Below, in pieces: positions 1 to 14,269 of a stretch of DNA of 64,000 nt. Under the pieces are notes generated by a model, which had not been told where the DNA came from, did not search any database, and saw nothing but the letters and a program-made list of their open reading frames with translations. Within the stretch, counting starts at the first letter, position 1. Every line of letters starts with the position of its first letter. The DNA comes from Antedon mediterranea (taxonomy: Eukaryota > Animalia > Echinodermata): contig NC_092678.1 of the NCBI RefSeq assembly GCF_964355755.1, positions 10,538,352 through 10,602,351 of the forward strand, read 5' to 3'. The translations under genes were made by a program, and so were the position numbers.

Positions 1-3000
1 AATCACAAAATTGTCTAAAACGTCTCCGAATGCGATTTGAAGCTCTTCTGTACACTTTGATGTTTTGTGTGAAAAAGTTTTCTCGAAATGCTAAAAATGG
101 TCTAAAACGTTTTCCAATACCATATTAAGCTATTTTGTGCAATTTGATGTTTTTGTGTAACAAAGTTTTTTCGAAAATCACAAAATGGTCTAAAACGTCT
201 CCAAATGCGATTTGAAGATATTCTGAGCACTTTGGTGTTTTTATGTTAAAAAGTTTTTTGGAAAATCACAAAATGGTCTAAAACGACTCCAAATGCGATT
301 TGAAGCTATCCTGTACACTTTGATGTTTTGTGTGAAAAAGTTTTGTCGAAATGCTCAAAATGATCTAAAACGTTTTTAAAACGATATTAAGCTATTTTGT
401 GCTCTTTGATGTTTTTGTGTATCCAAGTTTCATCGAAATGAACAAAATGGTCTAAAACGTCTCCAAATGCGATTTGAAGGTATTCTGAGCACTTTGGTGT
501 TTTTGTGTGAAAAGTTTTAACGAAATGCTCAAAATGGTCTAAAACGGTTTCTAATGTGATTTTAACCACTTTGATGTTTTTGTGTAACCAAGTTCTTTTC
601 GAAAATCACAAAATGGTCTAAAACGTCTCCAAATGCGATTTGAAGCTTTTCTAAGCACTTTGGTGTTTTTATGTTAAAAAGTTTTTTCGAAAATCACAAA
701 ATGGTCTAAAACGTCTCAAAATGCGATTTGAAGCTCTTCTGTACACTTTGATGTTTTGTGTGAAAAAGTTTTGTCGAAATGCTCAAAATGGTCTAAAACG
801 TTTTTAAATACGATATTAAGCTGTTTTGTGCACTTTGATGATTTGTGTGAAAAGTTTTAACGAAATGTTCAAAATAGTCTAAAACGGTTTCTAATGTGAT
901 TTTAAGCACTTTGATGTTTTTGTGTAACCAAGTTTTTTCGGAAATCACAAAATGGTCTAAAACGTCTCAAAATGCGATTTGAAGCTTTTCTAAGCACTTT
1001 GGTGTTTTTATGTTAACAAGTTTTTTCGAAAATCACAAAATGGTCTAAAACGTCTCAAAATGCGATTGAAGGTATTCTGAGCACTTTGGTGTTTTTGTGT
1101 GAAAAGTTTTAACGAAATGCTCAAAATGGTCTAAAACGGTTCTAATGTGATTTTAAGCACTTTGATGTTTTTGTATAACCAAGTTTCATCGAAATGCTCA
1201 AAATGATGTAAAACGTTTTTAAAACGATATTAAGCTATTTTGTGCTCTTTGATGTTTTTGTGTAACCAAGTTTTTTCGAAAATCACAAAATGGTCTAAAA
1301 CGTCTCCAAATGCGATTTGAAGCTTTTCTAAGCACTTTGGTGTTTTTATGTTAACAAGTTTTTTCGAAAATCACAAAATGGTCTAAAACGTCTCAAAATG
1401 CGATTTGAAGGTATTCTGAGCACTTTGGTGTTTTTGTGTGAAAAGTTTTAACGAAATGCTCAAAATGGTCTAAAACGGTTTCTAATGTGATTTTAACCAC
1501 TTTGATGTTTTTGTGTAACCAAGTTTTTTCGAAAATCACAAAATGGTCTAAAACGTCTCCAAATGCGATTTGAAGCTTTTCTAAGCACTTTGGTGTTTTT
1601 ATGTTAACAAGTTTTTTCGAAAATCACAAAATGGTCTAAAACGTCTCAAATAGCGATTTGAAGCTATTCTGTACACTTTGATGTTTTGTGTTAAAAAAGT
1701 TTTGTCGAAATGCTCAAAATGGTCTAAAACGTTTTTAAAACGATATTAAGCTATTTTGTGCTCTTTGATGTTTTTGTGTAACCAAGTTTTATCGAAATGA
1801 ACAAAATGGTCTAAAACGTCTCCAAATGCGATTTGAAGCTTTTCCAAGCACTTTGCTGTTTTTATGTTAACAAGTTTTTTCGAAAATCACAAAATGGTCT
1901 AAAACATCTCCAAATGCGATTTGAAGATATTCTGAGCACTTTGGTGTTTTTATGTTAAAAAGTTTTTTCGAAAATCACAAAATGGTCTAGAACGTCTCCA
2001 AATGCGATTTGAAGCTCTTCTGTACACTTTGATGTTTTGTGTGAAAAAGTTTTGTCAAAATGCTCAAAATGGTCTAAAACGTTTTTAAAACGATATTAAG
2101 CTATTTTGTGCTCTTTGATGTTTTTGTATAACCAAGTTTTTTCGAAAATCACAAAATGGTCTAAAACGTCTCCAAATGCGATTTGAAGATATTCTGAGCA
2201 CTTTGGTGTTTTTATGTTAAAAAGTTTTTTCGAAAATCACAAAATGGTCTAAAACGTCTCCAAATGCGATTTGAAGATATTCTGAGCACTTTGGTGTTTT
2301 TATGTTAAAAAGTTTTTTCGAAAATCACAAAATGGTCTAAAACGTCTCCAAATGCGATTTGAAGCTATTCTATACACTTTGATGTTTTGTGTTAAAAAGT
2401 TTTGTCGAAATGCTCAAAATGGTTTAAAACGTTTTTAAAACGATATTAAGCTATTTTGTGCTCTTTGATGTTTTTGTGTAACCAAGTTTCATCGAAATGA
2501 ACAAAATGGTCTAAAACGTCTCCAAATGCGATTTGAAGCTTTTCCAAGCACTTTGGTGTTTTTATGTTAACAAGTTTTTTCGAAAATCACAAAATTGTCT
2601 AAAACGTCTCAAAATGCGATTTGAAGGTATTCTGAGCACTTTGGTGTTTTTGTGTGAAAAGTTTTAACGAAAAGCTCAAAATGGTCTAAAACGGTTCTAA
2701 TGTGATTTTAAGCACTTTGATGTTTTTGTACAACCAAGTTTCATCGAAATGCTCAAAATGGTCTAAAACGTTTTTAAAACGATATTAAGCTATTTTGTGC
2801 TCTTTGATGTTTTTGTGTAACCAAGTTTTTTCGAAAATCACAAAATGGTCTAAAACGTCTCCAAATGCGATTTGAAGCTTTTCTAAGCACTTTGGTGTTT
2901 TTATGTTAACAAGTTTTTTCGAAAATCACAAAATGGTCTAAAACGTCTCAAAATGCGATTTGAAGGTATTCTGAGCACTTTGGTGTTTTTGTGTGAAAAG

Positions 3001-6000
3001 TTTTAACGAAATGCTCAAAATGGTCTAAAACGGTTTCTAATGTGATTTTAACCACTTTGATGTTTTTGTGTAACCAAGTTTTTTTGAAAATCACAAAATG
3101 GTCTAAAACGTCTCCAAATGCGATTTGAAGCTTTTCTAAGCACTTTGGTGTTTTTATGTTAACAAGTTTTTTCGAAAATCACAAAATGGTCTAAAACGTC
3201 TCCAAATGCGATTTGAAGATATTCTGAGCACTTTGGTGTTTTTCTGTTAAAAAGTAATTTCGAAAATCACAAAATTGTCTAAAACGTCTCCAAATGCAAT
3301 TTGAAGCTATTCTGTACACTTTGATGTTTTGTGTGAAAAAGTTTTGTCAAAATGCTCAAAATGGTCTAAAACGTTTTTAAAACGATATTAAGCTATTTTG
3401 TGCTCTTTGATGTTTTTGTATAACCAAGTTTTTTCGAAAATCACAAAATCGTCTAAAACGTCTCCAAATGCGATTTGAAGCTTTTCTAAACACTTTGGTG
3501 TTTTTATGTTAACAAGTTTTTTCGAAAATCACAAAATGGTCTAAAACGTCTCCAAATCCGATTTGAAGCTATTCTGTACACTTTGATGTTTTGTGTGAAA
3601 AAGTTTTGTCGAAATGCTCAAAATGGTCTAAAACGTTTTTAAAACGATATTAAGCTATTTTGTGCTCTTTGATGTTTTTTTGTAACCAAGTTTCATCGAT
3701 ATTAACAAAATGGTCTAAAACGTCTCAAAATGCGATTTGAAGGTATTCTGAGCACTTTGGTGTTTTTGGGTGAAAAGTTTTAACGAAATGCTCAAAATGG
3801 TCTAAAACGGTTTCTAATGTGATTTTAAGCACTTTGAAGTATTTGTAAAAACAAGTTTCATCGAAATGCACAAAATAGTCTAAAACGTCTCCAAATGCGA
3901 TTTGAAGCTTTTCTAAGCACTTTGGTGTTTTTATGTTAACAAGTTTTTTCGAAAATCACAAAATGGTCTAAAACGTCTCCAAATGCGATTTGAAGATATT
4001 CTGAGCACTTTGCTGTTTTTATGTTAACATGTTTTTTCGAAAATCACAAAATGGTCTAAAACGTCTCAAAATGCTATTTGAAGGTATTCTGAGCACTTTG
4101 GTGTTTTTGTGTGAAAAGTTTTAACGAAATGCTCAAAATGGTCTAAAACGGTTCTAATGTGATTTTAAACACTTTGATGTTTTGTGTGAAAAAGTTTTGT
4201 CAAAATGCTCAAAATGGTCTAAAACGTTTTTAAAACGATATTAAGCTATTTTGTGCTCTTTGATGTTTTTGTATAACCAAGTTTTTTCGAAAATCACAAA
4301 ATGGTCTAAAACGTCTCCAAATGCGATTTGAAGATATTCTGAGCACTTTGGTGTTTTTATGTTAAAAAGTTTTTTCGAAAATCACAAAATGGTCTAAAAC
4401 GTCTCCAAATGCGATTTGAAGATATTCTGAGCACTTTGGTGTTTTTATGTTAAAAAGTTTTTTCGAAAATCACAAAATGGTCTAAAACGTCTCCAAATGC
4501 GATTTGAAGCTATTCTATACACTTTGATGTTTTGTGTTAAAAAGTTTTGTCGAAATGCTCAAAATGGTTTAAAACGTTTTTAAAACGATATTAAGCTATT
4601 TTGTGCTCTTTGATGTTTTTGTGTAACCAAGTTTCATCGAAATGAACAAAATGGTCTAAAACGTCTCCAAATGCGATTTGAAGCTTTTCCAAGCACTTTG
4701 CTGTTTTTATGTTAACAAGTTTTTTCGAAAATCACAAAATTGTCTAAAACGTCTCAAAATGCGATTTGAAGGTATTCTGAGCACTTTGGTGTTTTTGTGT
4801 GAAAAGTTTTAACGAAAAGCTCAAAATGGTCTAAAACGGTTCTAATGTGATTTTAAGCACTTTGATGTTTTTGTACAACCAAGTTTCATCGAAATGCTCA
4901 AAATGGTCTAAAACGTTTTTAAAACGATATTAAGCTATTTTGTGCTCTTTGATGTTTTTGTGTAACCAAGTTTTTTCGAAAATCACAAAATGGTCTAAAA
5001 CGTCTCCAAATGCGATTTGAAGCTTTTCTAAACACTTTGGTGTTTTTGTGTTAACAAGTTTTTTCGAAAATCACAAAATGGTCTAAAACGTCTCAAAATG
5101 CGATTTGAAGGTATTCTGAGCACTTTGGTGTTTTTGTGTGAAAAGTTTTAACGAAATGCTCAAAATGGTCTAAAACGGTTTCTAATGTGATTTTAACCAC
5201 TTTGATGTTTTTGTGTAACCAAGTTCTTTTCGAAAATCACAAAATGGTCTAAAATGTCTCCAAATGCGATTTGAAGCTTTTCTAAGCACTTTGGTGTTTT
5301 TATGTTAACAAGTTTTTTTGAAAATCACAAAATGGTCTAAAACGTCTCAAAATGCGATTTGAAGGTATTCTGAGCACTTTGGTGTTTTTGTGTGAAAATT
5401 TTTAACGAAATGCTCAAAATGGTCTAAAACGGTTTCTAATGTGATTTTAACCACTTTGATGTTTTTGTGTAACCAAGTTTTTTCGAAAATCACAAAATGG
5501 TCTGAAACGTCTCCAAATGCGATTTGAAGCTTTTCTAAGCACTTTGGTGTTTTTATGTTAACAAGTTTTTTCGAAAATCACAAAATGGTCTAAAACGTCT
5601 CCAAATGCGATTTGAAGCTATTCTGTACACTTTGATGTTTTGTGTGAAAAGTTTTAACGAAATGCTCAAAATTGTCTAAAACGGTTTCTAATGTGATTTT
5701 AAGCACTTTGATGTTTTTGTAAAACCAAGTTTCATCGAAATGCACAAAATGGTCTAAAACGTCTCCAAATGCGATTTGAAGCTTTTCCAAGCACTTTGGT
5801 GTTTTTATGTTAACAAGGTTTTTCGAAAATCACAAAATGGTCTAAAACGTCTCCAAATGCGATTTGAAGCTTTTCCAAGCACTTTGCTGTTTTTATGTTA
5901 ACAAGTTTTTTCGAAAATCACAAAATGGTCTAAAACGTCTCAAAATACGATATTAAGCTGTTTTGTGCACTTTGATGATTTGTGTGAAAAGTTTTAACGA

Positions 6001-9000
6001 AATGCTCAAAATGGTCTAAAACGGTTTCTAATGTGATTTTAAGCACTTTGATGTTTTTATGTAGCCAAGTTTTTTCGAAAATCACAAAATGGTCAAAAAC
6101 GTCTCCAAATGCGATTTGAAGCTTTTCTAAGCACTTTGGTTTTTTTATGTTAACAAGTTTTTTCGAAAATCACAAAATGGTCTAAAACGTCTTCAAATGC
6201 GATTTGAAGATATTCTGAGCACTTTGGTGTTTTTCTGTTAAAAAGTATTTTCGAAAATCACAAAATGGCCTAAAACGTCTCCAAATGCGATTTGAAGCTA
6301 TTCTGTACACTTTGATGTTTTGTGTGAAAAAGTTTTGTCAAAATGCTCAAAATGGTCTAAAACGTTTTTAAAACGATATTAAGCTATTTTGTGCTCTTTG
6401 ATGTTTTTGTGTAACCAAGTTTCATCGAAATGAACAAAATGGTCTAAAACGTCTCCAAATGCGATTTGAAGCTTTTCTAAGCACTTTGGTGTTTTTATGT
6501 TAACAAGTTTTTTCGAAAATCACAAAATGGTCTAAAACGTCTCCAAATGCGATTTGAAGATATTCTGAGCACTTTGCTGTTTTTATGTTAACAAGTTTTT
6601 TCGAAAATCACAAAATGGTCTAAAACGTCTCAAAATGCTATTTGAAGGTATTCTGAGCACTTTGGTGTTTTTGTGTGAAAAGTTTTAACGAAATGCTCAA
6701 AATGGTCTAAAACGGTTCTAATGTGATTTTAAGCACTTTGATGTTTTTGTATAACCAAGTTTCATCGAAATGCTCAAAATGGTCTAAAACGTTTTTAAAA
6801 CGATATTAAGCTATTTTGTGCTCTTTGATGTTTTTGTGTAACGAAGTTTCATCGAAATGAACAAAATGGTCTAAAACGTCTCCAAATGCGATTTGAAGCT
6901 TTTCCAAGCACTTTGCTGTTTTTATGTTAACAAGTTTTTTCGAAAATCACAAAATGGCCTAAAACGTCTCAAAATGCGATTTCAAGGTATTCTGAGCACT
7001 TTGGTGTTTTTGTGTGAAAGGTTTTAACGAAATGCTCAAAATGGTCTAAAACGGTTTCTAATGTGATTTAAAGCACTTTGATGTTTTTGTATAACCAAGT
7101 TTCATCGAAATGCACAAAATGGTCTAAAACGTCTCCAAATGCGATTTGAAGCTTTTCTAAGCACTTTGCTGTTTTTATGTTAACAAGTTTTTTCGAAAAT
7201 CACAAAATGGTCTAAAACGTCTCCAAATGCGATTTGAAGATATTCTGAGCACTTTGGTGTTTTTATGTTAAAAAGTTTTTTCGAAAATCACAAAATGGTC
7301 TAAAACGTCTCCAAATGCGATTTGAAGATATTCTGAGCACTTTGGTGTTTTTATGTTAAAAAGTTTTTTCGAAAATCACAAAATGGTCTAAAACGTCTCC
7401 AAATGCGATTTGAAGCTATTCTGTACACTTTGATGTTTTGTGTGAAAAAGTTTTGTCGAAATGCTCAAAATGGTCTAAAACGTTTTTAAAACGATATTAA
7501 GCTATTTTGTGCTCTTTGATGTTTTTCTGTAACCAAGTTTTATCGAAATGAACAAAATGGTCTAAAACGTCTCCAAATGCGATTTGAAGCTTTTCCAAGC
7601 ACTTTGCTGTTTTTATGTTAACAAGTTTTTTCGAAAATCACAAAATGGTCTAAAACGTCTCAAAATGCGATTTGAAGGTATTCTGAGCACTTTGGTGTTT
7701 TTGTGTGAAAAGTTTTAACGAAATGCTCAAAATTGTCTAAAACGGTTTCTAATGTGATTTTAAGCACTTTGATGTTTTTGTAAAACCAAGTTTCATCGAA
7801 ATGAACAAAATGGTCTAAAATGTCTCCAAATGCGATTATAAGCTTTTCCAAGCACTTTGCTGTTTTTATGTTAACAAGCTTTTTCGAAAATCACAAAATG
7901 GTCTAAAACGTCTCCAAATGCGATTTGAAGATATTCTGAGCACTTTGGTGTTTTTATGTTAAAAATTTTTTTCGAAAATCACAAAATGGTCTAAAACGTC
8001 TCCAAATGCGATTTGAAGATATTCTGAGCACTTTGGTGTTTTTATGTTAAAAAGTTTTTTCGAAAATCACAAAATGGTCTAAAACGTCTCCAAATGCGAT
8101 TTGAAGCTATTCTGTACACTTTGATGTTTTGTGTGAAAAAGTTTTGTCGAAATGCTCAAAATGGTTTAAAACGTTTTTAAAACGATATTAAGTTATTTTG
8201 TGCTCTTTGATGTTTTTGTGTAACCAAGTTTCATCGAAATGAACAAAATGGTCTAAAACGTCTCCAAATGCGATTTGAAGCTTTTCCAAGCACTTTGCTG
8301 TTTTTATGTTAACAAGTTTTTCGAAAATCACAAAATGGTGTAAAACGTCTCAAAATGCGATTTGAAGGTATTCTGAGCACTTTGGTGTTTTTGTGTGAAA
8401 AGTTTTAACGAAATGCTCAAAATGGTCTAAAACGGTTCTAATGTGATTTTAAGCTATTCTAGACACTTTGATGTTTTGTGTGAAAAAGTTTTCTCGAAAT
8501 GCTCAAAATGGTCTAAAACGTTTTCCAATACCATATTAAGCTATTTTGTGCAATTTGATGTTTTTGTGTAACCAAGTTTTTTGAAATGCGATTTGAAGAT
8601 ATTCTGAGGACTTTGGTGTTTTTATGTTAAAAAGTTTTTTCGAAAATCACAAAATGGTCTAAAACGTCTCCAAATGCGATTTGAAGATATTCTGAGCACT
8701 TTGGTGTTTTTATGTTAAAAAGTTTTTTCGAAAATCACAAAATGGTCTAAAACGTCTCCAAATGCGAGTTGAAGCTATTCTGTACACTTTGATGTTTTGT
8801 GTGAAAAAGTTTTGTCGAAATGCTCAAAATGGTCTAAAACGTTTTTAAAACGATATTAAGCTATTTTGTGCTCTTTGATGTTTTTGTGTAACCAAGTTTT
8901 TTCGAAAATCACAAAATGGTCTAAAACGTCTCCAAATGCGATTTGAAGCTTTTCTAAGCACTTTGGTGTTTTTATGTTAACAAGTTTTTTCGCAAATCAC

Positions 9001-12000
9001 GAAATGGTCTAAAACGTCTCCAAATGCGATTTGAAGATATTCTGAGCACATTGGTGTTTTTATGTTAAAAAGTTTTTTCGAAAATCACAAAATGGTCTAA
9101 AACGTTTCCAAATGCGATTTGAAGCTCTTCTGTACACTTTGATGTTTTGTGTGAAAAAGTTTTTTCGAAATGCTCAAAATGGTCTAAAACGTTTTTAAAT
9201 ACGATATTAAGCTGTTTTGTGCACTTTGATGGTTTGTGTGAAAAGTTTTAACGAAATGCTCAAAATGGTCAAAAACGGTTTCTAATGTGATTTTAAGCAC
9301 TTTGATGTTTTTGTGTAACCAAGTTTTTTCGAAAATCACAAATTGGTCTAAAACGTCTCCAAATGCGATTTGAAGCTTTTCTAAACACTTTGGTGCTTTT
9401 ATGTTAACAAGTTTTTTCGAAAATCACAAAATGGTCTAAAACGTCTCCAAATGCGATTTGAAGCTTTTCTAAACACTTTGGTGTTTTTATGTTAACAAGT
9501 TTTTTCGAAAATCACAAAATGGTCTATAACGTCTCCAAATGCGATTTGAAGATATTCTGTACACTTTGATGTTTTGTGTGAAAAAGTTTTCTCGAAATGC
9601 TCAAAATGGTCTAAAACGTTTTCCAATACCATATTAAGCTATTTTGTGCAATTTGATGTTTTTATGTAACCAAGTTTTTTGAAATGCGATTTGAAGATAT
9701 TCTGAGCACTTTGGTGTTTTTATGTTAAAAAGTTTTTTCGAAAATCACAAAATGGTCTAAAACGTCTCCAAATGCGATTTGAAGATATTCTGAGCACTTT
9801 GGTGTTTTTATGTTAAAAAGTTTTTTCGAAAATCACAAAATGGTCTAAAACGTCTCCAAATGCGATTTGAAGCTATTCTGTACACTTTGATGTTTTGTGT
9901 GAAAAAGTTTTGTCGAAATGCTCAAAATGGTCTAAAACGTTTTTAAAACGATATTAAGCTATTTTGTGCTCTTTGATGTTTTTGTGTAACCAAGTTTTTT
10001 CGAAAATCACAAAATGGTCTAAAACGTCTCCAAATGCGATTTGAAGCTTTTCTAAGCACTTTGGTGTTTTTATGTTAACAAGTTTTTTCGAAAATCACAA
10101 AATGGTCTAAAACGTCTCAAAATGCGATTTGAAGGTATTCTGAGCACTTTGGTGTTTTTGTGTGAAAAGTTTTAACGAAATGCTCAAAATGGTCTAAAAC
10201 GGTTTCTAATGTGATTTTAAGCACTTTGATGTTTTTGTGTAACCAAGTTTTTTCGAAAATCACAAAATGGTCTAAAACGTCTCCAAATGCGATTTGAAGC
10301 TATTCTGTACACTTTGATGTTTTGTGTGAAAAAAGTTTTGTCGAAATGCTCAAAATGGTCTAAAACGTTTTTAAAACGATATTGAGCTATTTTGTGCTCT
10401 TTGATGTTTTTGTGTAACCAAGTTTTATCGAAATGAACAAAATGGTCTAAAACGTCTCCAAATGCGATTTGAAGCTTTTCCAAGCACTTTGCTGTTTTTA
10501 TGTTAACAGGTTTTTTCGAAAATCACAAAATGGTCTAAAACGTCTCAAAATGCGAATTGAAGGTATTCTGAGCACTTTGGTGTTTTTGTGTGAAAAGTTT
10601 TAACGAAATGCTCAAAATTGTCTAAAACGGTTTCTAATGTGATTTTAAGCACTTTGATGTTTTTGTAAAACCAAGTTTCATCGAAATGCACAAAATGGTC
10701 TAAAATGTCTCCAAATGCGATTTTAAGCTTTTCCAAGCACTTTGCTGTTTTTATGTTAACAAGCTTTTTCGAAAATCACAAAATGGTCTAAAACGTCTCC
10801 AAATGCGATTTGAAGATATTCTGAGCACTTTGGTGTTTTTATGTTAAAAAGTTTTTTCGAAAATCACAAAATGGTCTAAAACGTCTCCAAATGCGATTTG
10901 AAGATATTCTGAGCACTTTGGTGTTTTTATGTTAAAAAGTTTTTTCGAAAATCACAAAATGGTCTAAAACGTCTCCAAATGCGATTTGAAGCTATTCTGT
11001 ACACTTTGATGTTTTGTGTGAAAAAGTTTTGTCGAAATGCTCAAAATGGTTTAAAACGTTTTTAAAACGATATTAAGCTATTTTGTGCTCTTTGATGTTT
11101 TTGTATAACCAAGTTTCATCGAAATGCACAAAATGGTCTAAAACGTCTCCAAATGCGATTTGAAGCTTTTCTAAGCACTTTGCTGTTTTTATGTTAACAA
11201 GTTTTTTCGAAAATCACAAAATGGTCTAAAACGTCTCCAAATGCGATTTGAAGATATTCTGAGCACTTTGGTGTTTTTATGTTAAAAAGTTTTTTCGAAA
11301 ATCACAAAATGGTCTAAAACGTCTCCAAATGCGATTTGAAGATATTCTGAGCACTTTGGTGTTTTTATGTTAAAAAGTTTTTTCGAAAATCACAAAATTG
11401 TCTAAAACGTCTCCAAATGCGATTTGAAGCTATTCTGTACCCTTTGATGTTTTGTGTGAAAAAGTTTTGTCGAAATGCTCAAAATGGTCTAAAACGTTTT
11501 TAAAACGATATAAAGCTATTTTGTGCTCTTTGATGTTTTTGTGTAACCAAGTTTTTTCGAAAATCACAAAATGGTCTAAAACGTCTCCAAATGCGATTTG
11601 AAGCTTTTCTAAGCACTTTGGTGTTTTTATGTTAACAAGTTTTTTCGAAAATCACAAAATGGTCTAAAACGTTTTAAAATGCGATTTGAAGGTATTCTGA
11701 GCACTTTGGTGTTTTTGTGTGAAAAGTTTTAACGAAATGCTCAAAATGGTCTAAAACGGTTTCTAATGTGATTTTAACCACTTTGATGTTTTTGTGTAAC
11801 CAAGTTTTTTCGAAAATCACAAAATGGTCTAAAACGTCTCCAAATGCGATTTGAAGCTTTTCTAAGCACTTTGGTGTTTTTATGTTAACAAGTTTTTTCG
11901 AAAATCACAAAATGGTCTAAAACGTCTCCAAATGCGATTTGAAGCTATTCTGTACACTTTGATGTTTTGTGTGAAAAAGTTTCTCGAAATGCTCAAAATG

Positions 12001-14269
12001 GTCTAAAACGTTTTCCAATACCATATTAAGCTATTTTGTGCAATTTGATGTTTTTGTGTAACCAAGTTTTTTGAAATGCGATATTAAGATATTCTGAGCA
12101 CTTTGGTGTTTTTATGTTAAAAAGTTTTTTCGAAAATCACAAAATGGTCTAAAACGTCTCCAAATGCGATTTGAAGATATTCTGAGCACTTTGGTGTTTT
12201 TATGTTAAAAAGTTTTTTCGAAAATCACAAAATGGTCTAAAACGTCTCCAAATGCGATTTGAAGCTATTCTGTACACTTTGATGTTTTGTGTGAAAAAGT
12301 TTTGTCGAAATGCTCAAAATGGTCTAAAACGTTTTTAAAACGATATTAAGCTATTTTGTGCTCTTTGATGTTTTTGTGTAACCAAGTTTTTCCGAAAATC
12401 ACGAAATGGTCTAAAACGTCTTCAAATGCGATTTGAAGCTTTTCTAAGCACTTTGGTGTTTTTATGTTAACAAGTTTTTTCGCAAATCACAAAATGGTCT
12501 AAAACGTCTCCAAATGCGATTTGAAGATATTCTGAGCACATTGGTGTTTTTATGTTAAAAAGTTTTGTCGAAATGCTCAAAATGGTCTAAAACGTTTTTA
12601 AAACGATATTAAGCTATTTTGTCCTCTTTGATGTTTTTATGTAACCAAGTTTCATCGAAATGAACAAAATGGTCTAAAACGTCTCCAAATGCGATTTGAA
12701 GCTTTTCCAAGCACTTTGCTGTTTTTATGTTAACAAGTTTTTTCGAAAATCACAAAATGGTCTAAAACGTCTCAAAATGCGATTTGAAGGTATTCTGAGC
12801 ACTTTGGTGTTTTTGTGTGAAAAGTTTTAACGAAATGCTCAAAATGGTCTAAAACGGTTTCTAATGTGATTTTAAGCACTTTGATGTTTTTGTATAACCA
12901 AGTTTCATCGAAATTCACAAAATGGTCTAAAACGTCTCCAAATGCGATTTTAAGCTTTTCTAAGCACTTTGGTGTTTTTATGTTAACAAGGTTTTTCGAA
13001 AATCACAAAATGGTCTAAAACGTCTCCAAATGCGATTTGAAGATATTCTGAGCACTTTGGTGTTTTTATGTTAACAAGTTTTTTCGAAAATCACAAAATG
13101 GTCTAAAACGTCTAAAAATACGATATTAAGCTGTTTTGTGCACTTTGATGATTTGTGTGAAAAGTTTTAACGAAATGCTCAAAATGGTCTAAAACGGTTT
13201 CTAATGTGATTTTAAGCACTTTGATGTTTTTATGTAGCCAAGTTTTTTCGAAAATCACAAAATGGTCAAAAACGTCTCCAAATGCGATTTGAAGCTTTTC
13301 TAAGCACTTTGGTTTTTTTATGTTAACAAGTTTTTTCGAAAATCACAAAATGGTCTAAAACGTCTTCAAATGCGATTTGAAGATATTCTGAGCACTTTGG
13401 TGTTTTTCTGTTAAAAAGTATTTTCGAAAATCACAAAATGGTCTAAAACGTCTCCAAATGCGATTTGAAGCTATTCTGTACACTTTGATGTTTTGTGTGA
13501 AAAAGTTTTGTCAAAATGCTCAAAATGGTCTAAAACGTTTTTAAAACGATATTAAGCTATTTTGTGCTCTTTGATGTGTTTGTATAACCAAGTTTTTTCG
13601 AAAATCACAAAATGGTCTAAAACGTCTCCAAATGCGATTTGAAGCTTTTCTAAGCACTTTGGTGTTTTTATGTTAACAATTTTTTTCGAAAATCACAAAA
13701 TGGTCTAAAACGTCTCCAAATGCGATTTGAAGCTTTTCTAAGCACTTTGGTGTTTTTATGTTAACAAGTTTTTTCGAAAATCACAAAATGGTCTAAAACG
13801 TCTCAAAATGCGATTTGAAGGTATTCTGAGCACTTTGGTGTTTTTGTGTGAAAAGTTTTAACGAAATGCTCAAAATGGTCTAAAACAGTTTCTAATGTGA
13901 TTTTAACCACTTTGATGTTTTTGTGTAACCAAGTTCTTTTCGAAAATCACAAAATGGTCTAAAACGTCTCCAAATGCGATTTGAAGCTCTTCTGTACACT
14001 TTGATGTTTTGTGTGAAAAAGTTTTGTCGAAATGCTCAAAATGGTCTAAAACGTTTTTAAATACGATATTAAGCTGTTTTGTGCACTTTGATGATTTGTG
14101 TGAAAAGTTTTAACGAAATGCTCAAAATAGTCTATAACGGTTTCTAATGTGATTTTAAGCACTTTGATGTTTTTGTGTAATCAAGTTTTTTTGGAAATCA
14201 CAAAATGGTCTAAAACGTCTCCAAATGCGATTTGAAGCTTTTCTAAGCACTTTGGTGTTTTTATGTTAA
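1..14269. repeat. Tandem satellite DNA array, ~87-88 bp monomer family with a 78-79 bp variant, left of the transposon
   Basis: The anchor motif AAAAT-GGTCTAAAACG recurs at 187, 275, 362, 449, 536 and 615 (spacings 88, 87, 87, 87, 79) and continues uninterrupted in one orientation. The array runs off the window start. Confidence 0.98.

Noticed and set aside
1363-1380. Possible CENP-B box at TTCGAAAATCAC
   Set aside because: Only TTCG matches; the required downstream A and CGGG of TTCGNNNNANNCGGG are absent.
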